A stretch of 63,940 nt of DNA, the filler included, from Craspedostauros australis (lineage: Eukaryota): the NCBI GenBank assembly GCA_030167865.1. It is 13 parts of 13 records of this genome, joined end to end, with 100 filler letters (N's around TTAATTAATTAA, not from the genome) between each part and the next. Parts side by side here need not be neighbours in the genome. Positions count along the whole stretch, not along the records: positions 8,101 to 33,207 come from JALAGF010001728.1; 12 more parts are not named here. One strand, given 5' to 3'. The translations under genes and the position numbers were made by a program. Position 1 is the stretch's first letter. Every line of letters starts with the position of its first letter. Below are positions 12,781 through 25,253 of this stretch, piece by piece. Under the pieces are notes generated by a model. It ran no database searches and was not told where the DNA came from. It saw nothing but the letters and a program-made list of their open reading frames with translations.

Positions 12781-13581
12781 TGTTGGCAAGTTCCGTGATT
12801 GGAAGCCTACAATTGTGGAAGATGGTATTGGTTGATAGTCGTTCGTTTGCTATTTCATTACGTTAGGATTCCGATCCTCTTGGTGTCCTCTCTCTTGCCC
12901 GATGCTCTTGGCACGTTTGACTTGTCTTGTTGATACAGTCTCCAACTATGAGTTGGCATGCGAGATGCTCTCTTGCTACTCTTTGTATTCTCTCTCTCTC
13001 TCTCTCTCTCAATATTGTGTACTTGTGCTACATGATATTCCGTGTTCGATGCGTACTCCGCATTCAATACTTCGTTCGTTCATTTCTGGTTCCTACTCCA
13101 TGAGTACTTACCATTTGAAGTTCATCTCTTGTATCCCTGATCTTGATGTCCTTCGGTCATTGGATCTTTGCCTCCTGCTCTGACCTGGAGACAGATGTCA
13201 ACGTGGTGACACGATGACATCCTGTTGACGTCAGTAGGCATCCTTCTGCTCTCCAGATGTCACGTTCCATTGGTGATGCAGTAGTCTGTCAGATGATATT
13301 GTCATCTGAGGTTTAGTTGGGAAGTACCTCGAGATTCTCTTGGTACCATTGATGGATGGACGGACGATATTCCTAATTCTCTCAGAAATCGCCGATTGCG
13401 AATTTCCTTCAGAAATTCTGCTCATTTTTGTGTGCTCCATTTCCCCTGTAATTCTGACGAATCACATCATGCTATTGACACGAATGTAGTTATACCGTCC
13501 AAGTGCGTATGAGAGAATAACGGGTGAACGATGCACATATACACGTACATCTCGACATATACTCACATGTACATCTCGAAA
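12781..13581 (-). mobile_element. LTR family A, copy 2, inverted relative to copy 1
   Basis: Starts TGTTGGCAAGTTCC on +, the reverse complement of the LTR 3' end. Its reverse complement aligns along about 800 bp with 39636-40451. Confidence 0.85.
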
Positions 13582-13753
13582 TGCATGACATGATGAATAC
13601 AGCAGTATCTCATGATGCTACTGTGGCTTATGCATGCTATGGCAAATGAAATTGAAAGAGATGAAGATGTTGTGCTCATAGTTCTGAGAATGCAACAACA
13701 GGAATAGGTAATCAGATACAACTAATAAGGCTGGGTTACCCCGGATTTCCAAC
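13582..13753 (+). repeat. Fragment of LTR family B (3' end)
   Basis: Similar to 38845-39028 (…GAAATTG…GCTCAxAGTTCT…GGATTTCCAAC). Confidence 0.5.
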
Positions 13754-14795
13754 GCACACGCGATACATGCTAAAATGTGCGCACATGGCGTGGACATTAT
13801 GCGCGGCGCAGTTCCGCATGCTCAGCAACATGGACGATCCAATGAAGAGTGGTGAGAGCATGGCGAGATTGAACTCCTCAGTGTGAAACAGTCGGCTCTG
13901 CTCTATTCTGGACTGCTCTTGTGTGCTGCTGATATCCAAGGGATCATTGCTCCCCCAAGCAGGATGGATGCAACGATACACATACATCCAAGTTGCTGTT
14001 GCCAAGAAGGTTGCTGGTGTACGGTATTCTGGAGTAGAACTGAAACGCGATTGCAGAACAAATCAACTGTATCATCAACTACAATGCAATACGATGAACG
14101 AAGTTACAATGGATGATATCAGGACATAAGGAACTGATCATAGCATGTGAGGAACACATCAGTCGATACCACATTGTTTTGTGATCATTTCCACCGCGTG
14201 TTAACATGTTCTTGGGCACACAGAAATTCGCCACGATAGTACATCGCGGTGATTGGCATTCGTGAATGGCAAGAACGAGTGGCGGCTCCAAAGAAACGAA
14301 CAGATCTCGACAACAACACAACGCACCAGAGACCATTGCATCGCTCCTTGGACCTCGCGTCACTGAGCGTACGTGCGTGTATCTGCGAAGACGAGGACCA
14401 ATGCAAACCACGTCCGCCTGTTTCAACGGAGATATTCTTCACAGCATTTGCTCCTGCTGGCGTTACGACTCACAGACATGGAGTATTGGATTTTCAAAAG
14501 GTGAATATTATTACAGTCTGCGTCATGGATCTGGCAGTGTCCTTGTTTGGAAACGCGGAGGATGCGGCTTTCAGTGGTTGTTTGGTAATCTGGCCATTCC
14601 ACCTCCTCATGTCTTGCTCTCAACCTGTCGCATCTTCTTCTTCTGAGTCCTTGCGGTGTACTCGCACTCGTGCCCGTTTGCATCGATGTTTGCGGAACCT
14701 GTGTCTGGTTCGCAACTGCCAGCGTGGCGCAGTTTATTTTCATCGTACTCGTACATACTCTGGTACGAGTACGAGCGCGATGTGATGCAATGTGA

Positions 14796-17561
14796 TTAGG
14801 CGGCATCGAATTTGGCAGCGGCCTCCTTCATCTCGTCGCTGATCTCGACAGAGCTGGCACTGTCAACGAACTCTGGGACTTCGTCGAAGTTGAGGTACCG
14901 GTAGGTGTCCTCCGCCGATTCGTTGACCTGGTCCATGTACTTCATGTATTCGTCGACGGTTGGCAGTCGGCCCTCGATGGAGGCGACGGCAGCGAGCTCG
15001 GCACTTGCGAGGTAGACGTTGGCTCCCTGTCCGAGACGGTTGGGGAAGTTTCTGGTACTCGTGGAGACGACTGTGCAGCCTGGCTCGACACGTGCCTGGT
15101 TACCCATGCAGAGACTGCATCCTGGCATCTCTGTGCGTGCACCGGCAACGCCAAAGATGCTGTAGTAACCCTCCTCGATGAGCTTCGCCTCGTCCATCTT
15201 GGTTGGTGGTGCTACCCACAGGCGGGTTGGGATGGGTTTTTCCAGGTTGTTCAGGAGCTTTCCGGCAGCGCGGAAATGTCCGATGTTGGTCATGCAGGAT
15301 CCGATGAAGACTTCGTCGATCTTGTCGCCGGTGACGTCGCTGAGCAGGGCAGAGGCATCTGGGTCGTTGGGCAAGGCCAGGATTGGCTCCTTGATGTCCT
15401 CCAGGTTGATTTCGATGACGGCGGCGTAGTCGGCCTCCGCATCTGCCTCCATGAGAACTGGGTCCTTCAACCATTCCTCCATGCGAGCAACTCGGCGCTC
15501 CAGGGTTCGGGCGTCTCCGTATCCTTCGGAAATCATCCACTTGAGCATGACGACGTTGGAGTTGAGGTACTCGATGATGGGTTCCTTGTTGAGCTTGATC
15601 GTGCATCCTGCGGCAGATCGCTCGGCGCTGGCATCGCTGAGCTCGAATGCCTGTTCGCACTTCAGGTCTGGAAGGCCTTCGATTTCCAGGATGCGACCGG
15701 AGAAGATGTTCTTCTTGCCCTTCTTTTCCGTTGTCAGGAGGCCCATCTGGATTGCCGTGTATGGGATGGCCTGCACCAAATCGCGGAGGGTGATGCCTGG
15801 CTGCATCTCACCGGAGAATCGCACCAGCACACTCTCGGGCATGTCCAATGGCATGATACCTGTCGCGGCAGCGAAGGCGACCAGTCCGGATCCGGCTGGG
15901 AAGGAGATACCGATTGGGAAGCGGGTGTGAGAATCTCCGCCGGTTCCCACCGTGTCCGGCAACAGCATGCGGTTCAACCACGAATGGATGATGCCGTCAC
16001 CTGGCTTGAGGGAGACACCGCCACGGGTGCGGATGAAATCTGGCAAGGTGTGGTGCGTGACGACGTCGACTGGCTTGGGGTATGCGGCAGTGTGGCAGAA
16101 TGATTGCATGACGAGGTCTGCGGAAAATCCAAGGCACGCCAAGGAGCGCAATTCGTCGCGGGTCATTGGGCCGGTGGTGTCCTGGGATCCGACGGTGGTC
16201 ATCCTTGGTTCGCAGTACTGGCCTGGGACGATACCTTCATCCTCGCCCATGCCGCATGCCTTTCCGACCATCTTCTGGGCAAGTGTGTATCCTGCTGGCT
16301 TGTTGTCGGATGGTGGCGCTGGCATGCTGAAGATGTCATCGATCTCTTCGCCCTGGCCGAGGGCCACGCGTGCCTTGCTGGTCAGGCCGCGGCCGATGAT
16401 GAGCGGGATGCGACCGCCTGCGCGCACTTCGTCGAGGATGACGTTGGTTTTGAGTTTGAACTCTGTGAGGGTCTCGCCATTCTTTGTGACGATGCCTTCG
16501 TGGGGCTTCACAGTGATGACGTCGCCCATGTGCATGTCATCGACCTCCAGCTCGATGGGCAAGGCACCGGAATCCTCCATGGTGTTGAAAAAGATCGGTG
16601 CGATCTTGCCACCGAGGCAGAGTCCGCCGGCCTTGATGTTTGGCACGTAGGGGATGTCGTCTCCCATGAACCAGAGGACGGAGTTGGTGGCGGATTTGCG
16701 CGAGGATCCGGTTCCGACGACGTCTCCGACGTAGGCCAGCGGATGGCCCTTCTTGAGGAGCTCCTCGATCTGGCCGAGAGGGCCGATCTCGCCGTCGACT
16801 TCCGGCGCGATGCCATCGCGGGTGTTCTTGAGCATGGCAAGGGCGTGGAGCGGGATGTCAGGGCGAGACCAGGCATCCTGGGCAGGGCTGAGATCGTCGG
16901 TGTTGGTCTCGCCAGTGACCTTGAAGACGGTGGTGGTCATCTCCGTTGGAACCTCCGGGCGCTGCAGGTACCAGTCGGCGTTGGCCCAGCTGGTGAGCAC
17001 CTGCTTGGCAGCGGGGTATCCCTCGTTGGCCAGGGCCTCGATGTCGTGGAAGGCGTCGAAGACGAGGAGGGTGCTGGAAAGCTGCTTTGCTGCCAACAAC
17101 GCGAGCTCTTCGCTGGGGTCCTTGAGGAGCTCCACCAGGGTGGCGACATTGTAGCCGCCCTGCATGGTTCCCAGGAGCTCGATGGCGCGCTCGCGAGGGA
17201 AGAGATCGTGCGTTTCGGCGCCGGTGGCCAACGCCGAAAGCCAGGTGGCCTTGACGTAGGCGGCCTCATCGACGCCCGGTGGCACTCGGTGCACCAGCAG
17301 GTCTTGGAGACGCTCGGAGCTGCTGTACGAACCGGCCTTGAGCTCGTCGATGAGCTGGTTGGTCTGGGCGGCATCCAGAGGCTTGGGGGCCACGCCGAAT
17401 CCATTTCCCATGGCGGCACGTTCGGCGACGTGGGCATCGTACACATCCAGGAATGACGACGAGGATGAGAGGGAGCGAGCGGATGCCTTCGCGGCGCTCG
17501 CGGTCGCGCGGATGCGCAGGCCGTGGAGGAAGCCAGCCTTGGCAATTCTTGACGACATCAT
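14796..17561 (-). CDS. acnB: Aconitate hydratase 2 (AcnB type) with mitochondrial-like transit peptide, 921 aa, intronless
   Basis: [119 protein letters not shown]-terminus is R/S/A-rich with no acidic residues. Confidence 0.97.
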   Translation of the reverse strand: MMSSRIAKAGFLHGLRIRATASAAKASARSLSSSSSFLDVYDAHVAERAAMGNGFGVAPKPLDAAQTNQLIDELKAGSYSSSERLQDLLVHRVPPGVDEAAYVKATWLSALATGAETHDLFPRERAIELLGTMQGGYNVATLVELLKDPSEELALLAAKQLSSTLLVFDAFHDIEALANEGYPAAKQVLTSWANADWYLQRPEVPTEMTTTVFKVTGETNTDDLSPAQDAWSRPDIPLHALAMLKNTRDGIAPEVDGEIGPLGQIEELLKKGHPLAYVGDVVGTGSSRKSATNSVLWFMGDDIPYVPNIKAGGLCLGGKIAPIFFNTMEDSGALPIELEVDDMHMGDVITVKPHEGIVTKNGETLTEFKLKTNVILDEVRAGGRIPLIIGRGLTSKARVALGQGEEIDDIFSMPAPPSDNKPAGYTLAQKMVGKACGMGEDEGIVPGQYCEPRMTTVGSQDTTGPMTRDELRSLACLGFSADLVMQSFCHTAAYPKPVDVVTHHTLPDFIRTRGGVSLKPGDGIIHSWLNRMLLPDTVGTGGDSHTRFPIGISFPAGSGLVAFAAATGIMPLDMPESVLVRFSGEMQPGITLRDLVQAIPYTAIQMGLLTTEKKGKKNIFSGRILEIEGLPDLKCEQAFELSDASAERSAAGCTIKLNKEPIIEYLNSNVVMLKWMISEGYGDARTLERRVARMEEWLKDPVLMEADAEADYAAVIEINLEDIKEPILALPNDPDASALLSDVTGDKIDEVFIGSCMTNIGHFRAAGKLLNNLEKPIPTRLWVAPPTKMDEAKLIEEGYYSIFGVAGARTEMPGCSLCMGNQARVEPGCTVVSTSTRNFPNRLGQGANVYLASAELAAVASIEGRLPTVDEYMKYMDQVNESAEDTYRYLNFDEVPEFVDSASSVEISDEMKEAAAKFDAA

Positions 17562-18901
17562 TATGTTGCTGGAGTGGGGTGTTGGTGGATTGTGACACTT
17601 ACTGTGTGATTGGGTCGTTGGTTTTGTTGTGGTGCGTTGTGGTGCGTTGTTGCAGCCCGATCTTTGGTGGATGTGGTGCTGTTCGGTGTTGTTGGGCGAG
17701 GAGGGGAAAGAGCTGTTCTCTTCGCTTGCGCTGTGGAGAGAGAGAGGAGGTGTGTGGTTGTGATCTCTGTGGGCAACGACAGTAACAGGTTCAGCTGTGT
17801 TGGTGACTTGGATGAGCGTTGGTGGTTGTGACTGGTGTGATGTCTCTCTTGTGGGGTTGTTGATGCCCTCTCCGCACTCGTGTCCTTGTTGGATCTGCGT
17901 GGGTGGCGGCGCCCTCTTGGGATCGATTCATTCTTCGACCCGCAAATCGATTGCGGGAGGTTTGGGATGGGCGGAATGAGAACTTTGGTGGTCGTCGATG
18001 TCTCACAGTTTCCACGTTTTGTTTCGCGTGCTCATTGTTTGAGTGAGTTGTTGCGTGCATTTTCGAGAACTTGGAAAGTTCGCGTTGCCATGACCCTCTC
18101 CGTTGGTTGGCGAAGAGAACAAGAGCGAGCGAAGGTAGCGAACTTCGACTTCCTTCCGTCGATTTCATTCGTCGATCGATGCAACAGCTCCATTCCCCAT
18201 CTGCCAGAAGAAGATGTGAAGAACAACTCGTCATGTCGCTATCGATTCAATCGACTGAATGAAACTGCATTGGTCTCCAGGGAGATGATTGACCAGTTGG
18301 AACTACATTTGCTCTAGATATTATTTTGTAGCCTTGATCAATGTGAACAGTTTGACGAACAGAAATGCGAACGACAGCCAATTCGGACAGTTGACAGGTT
18401 TGTTGCTTTATCGATCTAGATAGTGTTTGCGGAGTAGACAACTATGGGAGCCGAAGAGCACCAAACTTCATCAGCTACAACGAGCACAGATCCTATCCAA
18501 AAGGCAAAGCTTCGTGTCCTCTGTGACAGTGTGTAGATGTGTTTGCTGTGGATGCACAACGAACTTGTCCCTCTGTCTACCATACACACCAATACTCAAT
18601 CTCTCCATCCGAGTATAAGTGCTTGTGTGATAGTACCATGTCCGCAGAGTTGATAGTTTGCCGGTGCTGAATCATCATCGTTCAACGACAAAGATACGAT
18701 TCGGCTGACGTTTGTGCGACAGGGAAGATCGGTCCCGCGTCAATTTGTCGTCGGTTGACAAGAGAGAGGAGGCAGAGAGCAGATGACATCAACGCAGCAA
18801 CTGCCACAGCAACTGCCACAACCACACAGTTCCGATCACAAAGACAACAACACGCCCACCCAACTACTCGTAATCTCACTTGCGCATTGCGAACGAAGAC
18901 A

Positions 18902-20064
18902 ATGACCGCTACAAACGCCTGCCTCCTCGTTGCCGTCACGTTGGCCACCATCTGTACGCCGTCCACCGACGCCTTCCAACCCAGCGCCGCTATCTCTGCT
19001 GCCGTTGGCAAGCCACACGCGACAGCAACCACCACATCCATTCGCAACACTGCTGCTGATGCGCAGGACAACGGCGTCTCCCGACGCAGCTTCTTCGTCG
19101 GCGTCGCCGGAACATCCGCGGCTGCCTTGGCAGGATGGACCAGCAATCCCGCACCAGCAGAAGCCATTGGGCCCGTCAAGATCAACCTCCTCAATCCAAG
19201 CTACAGTGCCAGACCATGTCCGAAGAATAAGCCGATCCCAGGAGAAAAGGCCATGAAGGGAATGCGTGGTCTTTGCGTCACGGTCGATGTCGACATGGAA
19301 ACCGCGACCGAGAAGGATCTGGACAAGGTCGGCGTTTACGGTTTCATCACGGATGCGCAGACTGGAGAGAGCGTGCTGGCGAACAACCCAGATTTGTCCA
19401 CCGATGCCGGCCAGTTCGCCATGGTCGAGAAGGTCACGCCAAAGGACAACAAGCTGCAGTTTGAATTCATCGCTGCCGTGCCGCGCGAATTGGTAAGTGC
19501 AATCGTGTGCGGAATGAGATCAGGAGCACGCTACTAAACTGCACTCTTAATTTATGTTGTGGCACATTGCGTGGTATTGGGAGTAAAATGGAGACGAGCG
19601 CGGCGAGAACGACAGCACTGTCATACGTTCGATGATAGTTTGCGGATGAGGGAGCCTGACATGCCGAATGCAACTGCTGAATGTAAACGTTGGCCATGTT
19701 CTGCATTTTTGCTTGTGATGACGTGAACTGCGCCAAAGTAACCAACTCACTCACTCACTCAACTAACCAATGACCCACCTACTCCATCAACATTCGACGG
19801 CTTCAATTCCAACAACGCTGGCATTCTTTCAACAACAACCCATTGCCCCCACAGGATTACACTCAGTTCGATACAGGCATTTGCCCCCTTAAGTTCGAGA
19901 GCTTGCGAATCATCAGCTTTCCCGGTGGTCAGCAGTACGGTGCCATCAACCCATGCGAGATGAACGAATTCAGCGATGAGTGTTCCGCCTGGGAGGACGA
20001 GAATGGCCCTTACGAGAAGATCGAGTACATGATGAAGAGCAACCCACGCACGAAGGGACGATAA
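18902..20064 (+). CDS. Uncharacterised plastid thylakoid-lumen protein (about 266 aa); exons 18902-19492, 19855-20064
   Basis: Signal peptide ending STDA|FQP (ASAFAP-like), transit peptide, twin-arginine SRRSFF, hydrophobic stretch, PAEA cleavage site. GTAAGT...CAG intron of 362 bp keeps the frame. Confidence 0.8.
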
Positions 20065-20686
20065 GCATCATTGACGACATTTGAGTTCGTGGACGAGATG
20101 ATGAAATGGTTTAGGGAGATGCGCTTACTTTTCGGCCAATCGATCACTACACTACGTTATCCGGTGGAGTATGGTACCATACAACGAGCACGACTACACG
20201 CAATCAATGAACAGGCTACGAATACAGAGAGGAGCGTGTACTTGCACCAGGAGGAGGAGGAGAAGCATCATTTGCCTAAACCACGGAACAGCGGCATACA
20301 CGTACTCCCCATCATCCTCGCAATTGCCACATGGAAAGAAGTGCACTATCGTCCAAGGCTAAGGTGAAGGAAGACAAGGCGTATGGTAGAAACATGAGTA
20401 CAAAGCTATGCACCCCACTTTAGCCTTTGCTGATCGTTCACTTTGATTGTCCAGCTGCATTTGCATCTGCAACGCATCTCTACGCTCGGACTCTCTCGAA
20501 ACGCAGTTGTTCTTTTTGCTTGATTGTCTTGATGCTTTGGTGCTGCCGAACAAATGTATCTCCGTGCACTGCTGCTACTATCTGCGGCGATTGTGTTCGT
20601 GACGACGAAGACTCCTGGGTCCCTCATCCGTTCCAAACCATGGGGGTGGCATTCGTGTATGTGTATGTGTAGATAAACGAGCGCGC

Positions 20687-22432
20687 TTAAAGCTCACCGG
20701 CGGTACGACCCGCAAGGTCACCAAGGTCCTTGTGGGCATCGTCCCACAAGGTATGGAATGTACCTTCCTTGTCGACGCGCTGGTAGGTGTGCCCACCGAA
20801 GAAGTCGCGCTGGGCCTGCACCAAGTTGGCAGGGAGGCGGCTTCGGCGGTACTGGTCGTAGTACGACAACGAGGCGGACATGGCAGGCACGGAGATGCCG
20901 GACGCGATGCCGAGGGTGACGATGCGGCGCCATGCCAGCTGGCGCTCGTTCAGCTCCTTGGCGAATCCTGGATCGACCATGAGGTTGGCCAGCTTGGTGT
21001 CACGTTGGACGGCCTCCTGGATGCCTGCCAGCAACCTTGCACGGATGATGCAGCCACCGCGCCACATGCGTGCGCAGAGGGCGAGGTCCACGTTCCATTC
21101 CATCTTCTCAGATGCGGCGCGGATGATGCCAAGTCCCTGGGCGTAAGACACGACCTTCGCGCAGTAGAGAGCGGACTTGAGGTCGCTGATGATCTGCGCC
21201 TTGTCGACGTCTGGCTTCTTGCTTGGTCCTTCAAGGATGTTCTCGGCGGCGACGCGCTCCTCCTTGCGACCGGATAGGTAACGGCTGTCCAGGGAAGCGG
21301 CGATGGTTGGTGCCGCGACGCTCTGCTCCGCAGCTTCCTGGACGGTCCAACGCCCGGTGCCCTTCATGCCGGTCTTGTCGAGGATCTTGTCAACGACGTA
21401 TCCGTCGCCGCCTTGATCATCCTTCTTGCGCAGGATCTTTCCAGTGATCTCGATGAGGAAAGATTCGAGTTCGGTGGCATTCCACTCCTCGAAGAGTGCC
21501 GCCATCTCGTCGTTGCTCATGCCGACGACATTCTGCGCATCACATCATCATGAAATCACCACAACATGTATCAGTACACGACACCATGGGCGTGTGCACC
21601 AATGACAAATCCCAGTTTCAATTTAGTGAGAGGGGATCAGGTCAGCATTGGCGTTGGCGTATTCAATCATTCATCCATCGATGCAAGCAAAGAAGGAAAC
21701 GACATGATGATCCTCATCTTGTGGGGTTTCAAGACAGAAAGCAACCGCGTTCGTGCGGAGCTCTGGATCTGGCACCGCTTCTCTTTTTGGAGACCAAGCG
21801 GGGAACTTGCTTACCTTCATGATGTCGTAAACCTCGCTGATGAGCTGCATGTCGCCGTATTCGATACCGTTGTGCACCATCTTGACGTAGTTACCTGCGC
21901 CGATGGGGCCGAGGTATCCGGTGCATGCCTCCGTGCCAACCTGGGCGGCGCACTTGGTCATGATCGGTTCGATGGCGTCCCAGGCATCCTTGGGGCCTCC
22001 GGGCATGAGGGATGGCCCGTTGCGGGCACCTTCCTCGCCGCCAGAAATTCCCATGCCGATGAAGTTGATCTTCTTGGCGGCAAGCTCCTCGCCGCGTCGG
22101 ACGGTGTTTGGGTACCACTCGTTGCCGCCGTCGATGATGATGTCGCCTTCCTCCATGTGCTCCGCGAGCTTGGCGATGGTCTCGTCAACCGCCTTTCCGG
22201 CCTGCACCAAGATGACGACCTTGCGCGGTTTGGAGAGCTTGGAGACGAAGTCGGCGGGGCCTTCCGACCCGACAATGGGCAAATCGCCCTCGGCCTTGGC
22301 ACGGGCGACGGTGGCCGTGACCTTTGCTGGAGAGCGGTTGCCGACGGCGACCTTGAAACCATGATCGGCCATGTTCAAGGCAAAGTTTTGTCCCATGACG
22401 GCGAGACCCCAAAGTCCAATATCGCAGCTCAT
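20687..22432 (-). CDS. gnd: 6-phosphogluconate dehydrogenase, decarboxylating (probably cytosolic, about 487 aa); exons 22432-21815, 21532-20687
   Basis: [79 protein letters not shown]. Intron 21814-21533 (282 bp). No presequence. Confidence 0.97.
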
Positions 22433-23596
22433 CTTGATGTTGATTGTTGGTGATTACTTGCTGATTGTTGTGGTTGTTGTTGTGACAATTGTTGCAATTG
22501 TTGACGACGATGATTTAATTGTGAGTTTGGCAGGAAGAGAACAGCGTGCGTGTGAGTTGTTGTTGTGGGTTCGGGTCACAGAGAGAGACGAAGAGGAACA
22601 AACGCACCGCAGCAACAGTAGCAGCACAGCAGAGAGGCACAGTCGACGCCTGTGGTTTTGGAAAGACGCAAACGCGCAACAATCAATCATGCGCAGATGA
22701 CAATTCCCACAACCATGACCGGTGTGACCATCGCAACCACGAGATCACCGGTGTCTGCATGGTACTCGTGCTCGTGTGACAAGCAAATGCCCATCGAAGT
22801 GGTTGCTGATGCCATTCACAGAGAGCGGTTGGCACGATCGATGAATCGTTGTTCCTGCTGTTGTTGCGAATCTCGCACTTGTGTTGTGCATCATGGGCTC
22901 CTCACCTGTTCTCTTTTGGTCTGTCGAAGATTTTATGAGATTTCCAGTTCTCTTCCCCTCTTCCTTGTCATGATCATCAACATCGCCATCATGGCGCGTG
23001 CGGTGTGCAGGAAATCTTGTGTACCGGCGGAGTTCGGAGGTATCTTCTTTTGTGTTCCGTGGGTGAAACCGAAGAATCAACGCGAAACCAGCCTCGCGAA
23101 CAGTCGCGAAGAGGGAAAGGCAGTTGCACAAGCGCACTGTACCATACGTACGAGCGGCCCATGGGCAAGCGGGATAGGTCGAGCACTTGGATCCGGTGCA
23201 AGAAACGGTGATGTTCCGAGCAGACAAGCGGGGAGGCTCCAGAACAAATGGATGGAAGGGGAAACAGATGCCAGATCCGTAACTGCCACCGATAGTCTGG
23301 CTCGTACACAAAGCGCTCCTACCATCCTTGCAGTCTTATGGTACACGTATCCTTTGGAGCAAGCAGAAGGCAACAACTCCTCAGCAGGATCAGCATTGTA
23401 TTATAATACGACAATAACATCCTGCAGGTGGCAGTGGATGCCAATCGTACTCTGCTATTGCTCTCCCTCCCTACTCGCGGACTGATGCCAATCTTACGTT
23501 CCCCCATGACAATCCATCTAATATTATACTACTATTCGTACATATGATACGTACAGAGTGGAACACGATGATCACATTCACCCAATTTCACGATAT

Positions 23597-24715
23597 TCAC
23601 GTCTTTTGCTTCTTTGCGACGAGTAGCGCCTTCAGAGCGAGGACATCGTCGACATTTGACTCGACGGCGCCGCGATCTTGCTCGTACTGATCCTCCAAGC
23701 TCAATCGTTTCTGGCTGGGCGCAGGATCTCTCAACGCGTCGGCCATCTCGGCATCATCCTGCGTGTGCATCTCATCGTCCTTGCGTCCCATCTTTTTGTC
23801 GTCCAGTTCCTGCTGCACGACCTTGGCATCCTGCACCAGTCCTTGCAGGTCGCGAACAGATGCGTTTCCTTCTGCGATGGTCTCTTTGAGGCGATCCGTG
23901 TCCACGTCCTTCAGCAGCTTCAGAGTGGTCGCGCTCGTCTGCTCTCCCAATTCTGCTGATTTTTGTTGCACGAGGAGCTCGTCGCGTCGCAATCGAGCCG
24001 CCTTGATCTTTGCGCGCAGTTCCGCCATTTCGTCTTCCACTTGGTCCATCTCGTCCTGCGATGGAACCTGTTCCTTCTGTGGGTAGACAAATTCTGATTT
24101 GCGGGCATCACGCTGGTCGCCACCATGCTGACCATCACCATCCAATCCGTTGGCAGCGGCCTCATCTGATCGCTGCACGCCTGGCGTTGCAGCACTGTTA
24201 TCTTTTGCTGCGTCTCGAGCATCGGCATCATGTTCGAGATACGCGGTGACGATGGCACGCCGCCGTCTCGGCGGATACATGGTGACGGAGAAGACGTTGC
24301 GCGCCAGGTACATCTCCCACACATCCACCTTGCGCATGTACCGTTTCCGCAGCATGCCAAGGAAGAGCTCTTTGCGATCGGCGGCGGATGCCAACATGGG
24401 CAACGAGGCAACGCCTTCGTTGAGGTAGGTATCGACCTCGTCGCTCAGCATGTCGGCCAGCGATGTGGTCAACGATCCAAACAAGATGGTGTCTTCGTCC
24501 TGCGAATCCCCGTCGTCGGTGGTGTTGACTTCGGCATTGTCATTGTCATTGATGCTGTCGTTGATGCTGTCGTTGTTCTGGGCACCATCATCATCATGGT
24601 GTGCTGTTGTTCTTTCCGGAAGTCCCGCAGTGCCAGTAATAACTTCAGCAACAGCATTGGGCCGATTGCTTTGGCCGTCGCCAGGCAGGAGCGTGTCGTT
24701 GGCCTTGTCCGTCAT
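23597..24715 (-). CDS. MIS12: Mis12-like kinetochore protein (about 372 aa), coiled-coil C-terminus
   Basis: Segment ILFG...LADMLSDEVDTYL...YMRKVDVWEMYLARNVFSV resembles the Mis12 motif (FDKFELYVLRNIF). It is followed by heptad coiled coil (EMDQVEDEMAELRAKIK). Start taken at the first ATG (MTDKAND). Confidence 0.62.
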   Translation of the reverse strand: MTDKANDTLLPGDGQSNRPNAVAEVITGTAGLPERTTAHHDDDGAQNNDSINDSINDNDNAEVNTTDDGDSQDEDTILFGSLTTSLADMLSDEVDTYLNEGVASLPMLASAADRKELFLGMLRKRYMRKVDVWEMYLARNVFSVTMYPPRRRRAIVTAYLEHDADARDAAKDNSAATPGVQRSDEAAANGLDGDGQHGGDQRDARKSEFVYPQKEQVPSQDEMDQVEDEMAELRAKIKAARLRRDELLVQQKSAELGEQTSATTLKLLKDVDTDRLKETIAEGNASVRDLQGLVQDAKVVQQELDDKKMGRKDDEMHTQDDAEMADALRDPAPSQKRLSLEDQYEQDRGAVESNVDDVLALKALLVAKKQKT

Positions 24716-25253
24716 TGCTTGCCTTGCGGTGACAACGATGGCCCTGGTTGTTATTCTGGAGTATTGTAACACCTGGTAGATGACGACACTGATTCACAAC
24801 AATGAACGATCTATTCAAACCCGATGTGCGGAGGCATGGCTCATCGTCTTTGGTGTGTGCCATGGTGCCATCGTGGGAACCTCATGTTTGTTCTCTCTCT
24901 CTCTTCCGTGTTTTGGTCAAACACGGAGGGTGGAAGTCACGATTCGAGTCCAACGGATGCGTGACTTGGCTGATTCCCGAGTACGCATGACACCACATCA
25001 CCGAAAACTGCCATCAGCAACAAAGCCACAGAACAACACGCTCAGAAACAAGAAGAGAGGAGAGGATCCACCACAACAACCAACATCATCACAACACAAC
25101 CAACCAACTACAACCACCAACGACGAGATAACACATGATCTTGTTGACACATCGCAAGAGATCTTCCAATCATCGCACAAACAAGAAAATCTACCACCCA
25201 TACTTTACGTCGAGTACGATCCTTGCACCAACCATATTCCCCAACACGCCAGA

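Noticed and set aside
15276..17456. Long plus-strand ORFs (275, 232 and 450 aa) opposite acnB
   Set aside because: Antisense shadows of a strongly biased coding sequence.
14796..17561. Bacterial contamination (acnB, and likewise the STAND gene)
   Set aside because: acnB has a eukaryotic presequence and shares a contig with spliced diatom genes. The STAND gene shares a contig with diatom LTR elements.
21566..22453. 295-aa ORF antisense to gnd
   Set aside because: Shadow ORF; the sense strand is clearly 6PGD.
22652..23485. 277-aa ORF between gnd and Mis12
   Set aside because: No motifs and no coding-like composition; probably an intergenic chance ORF.
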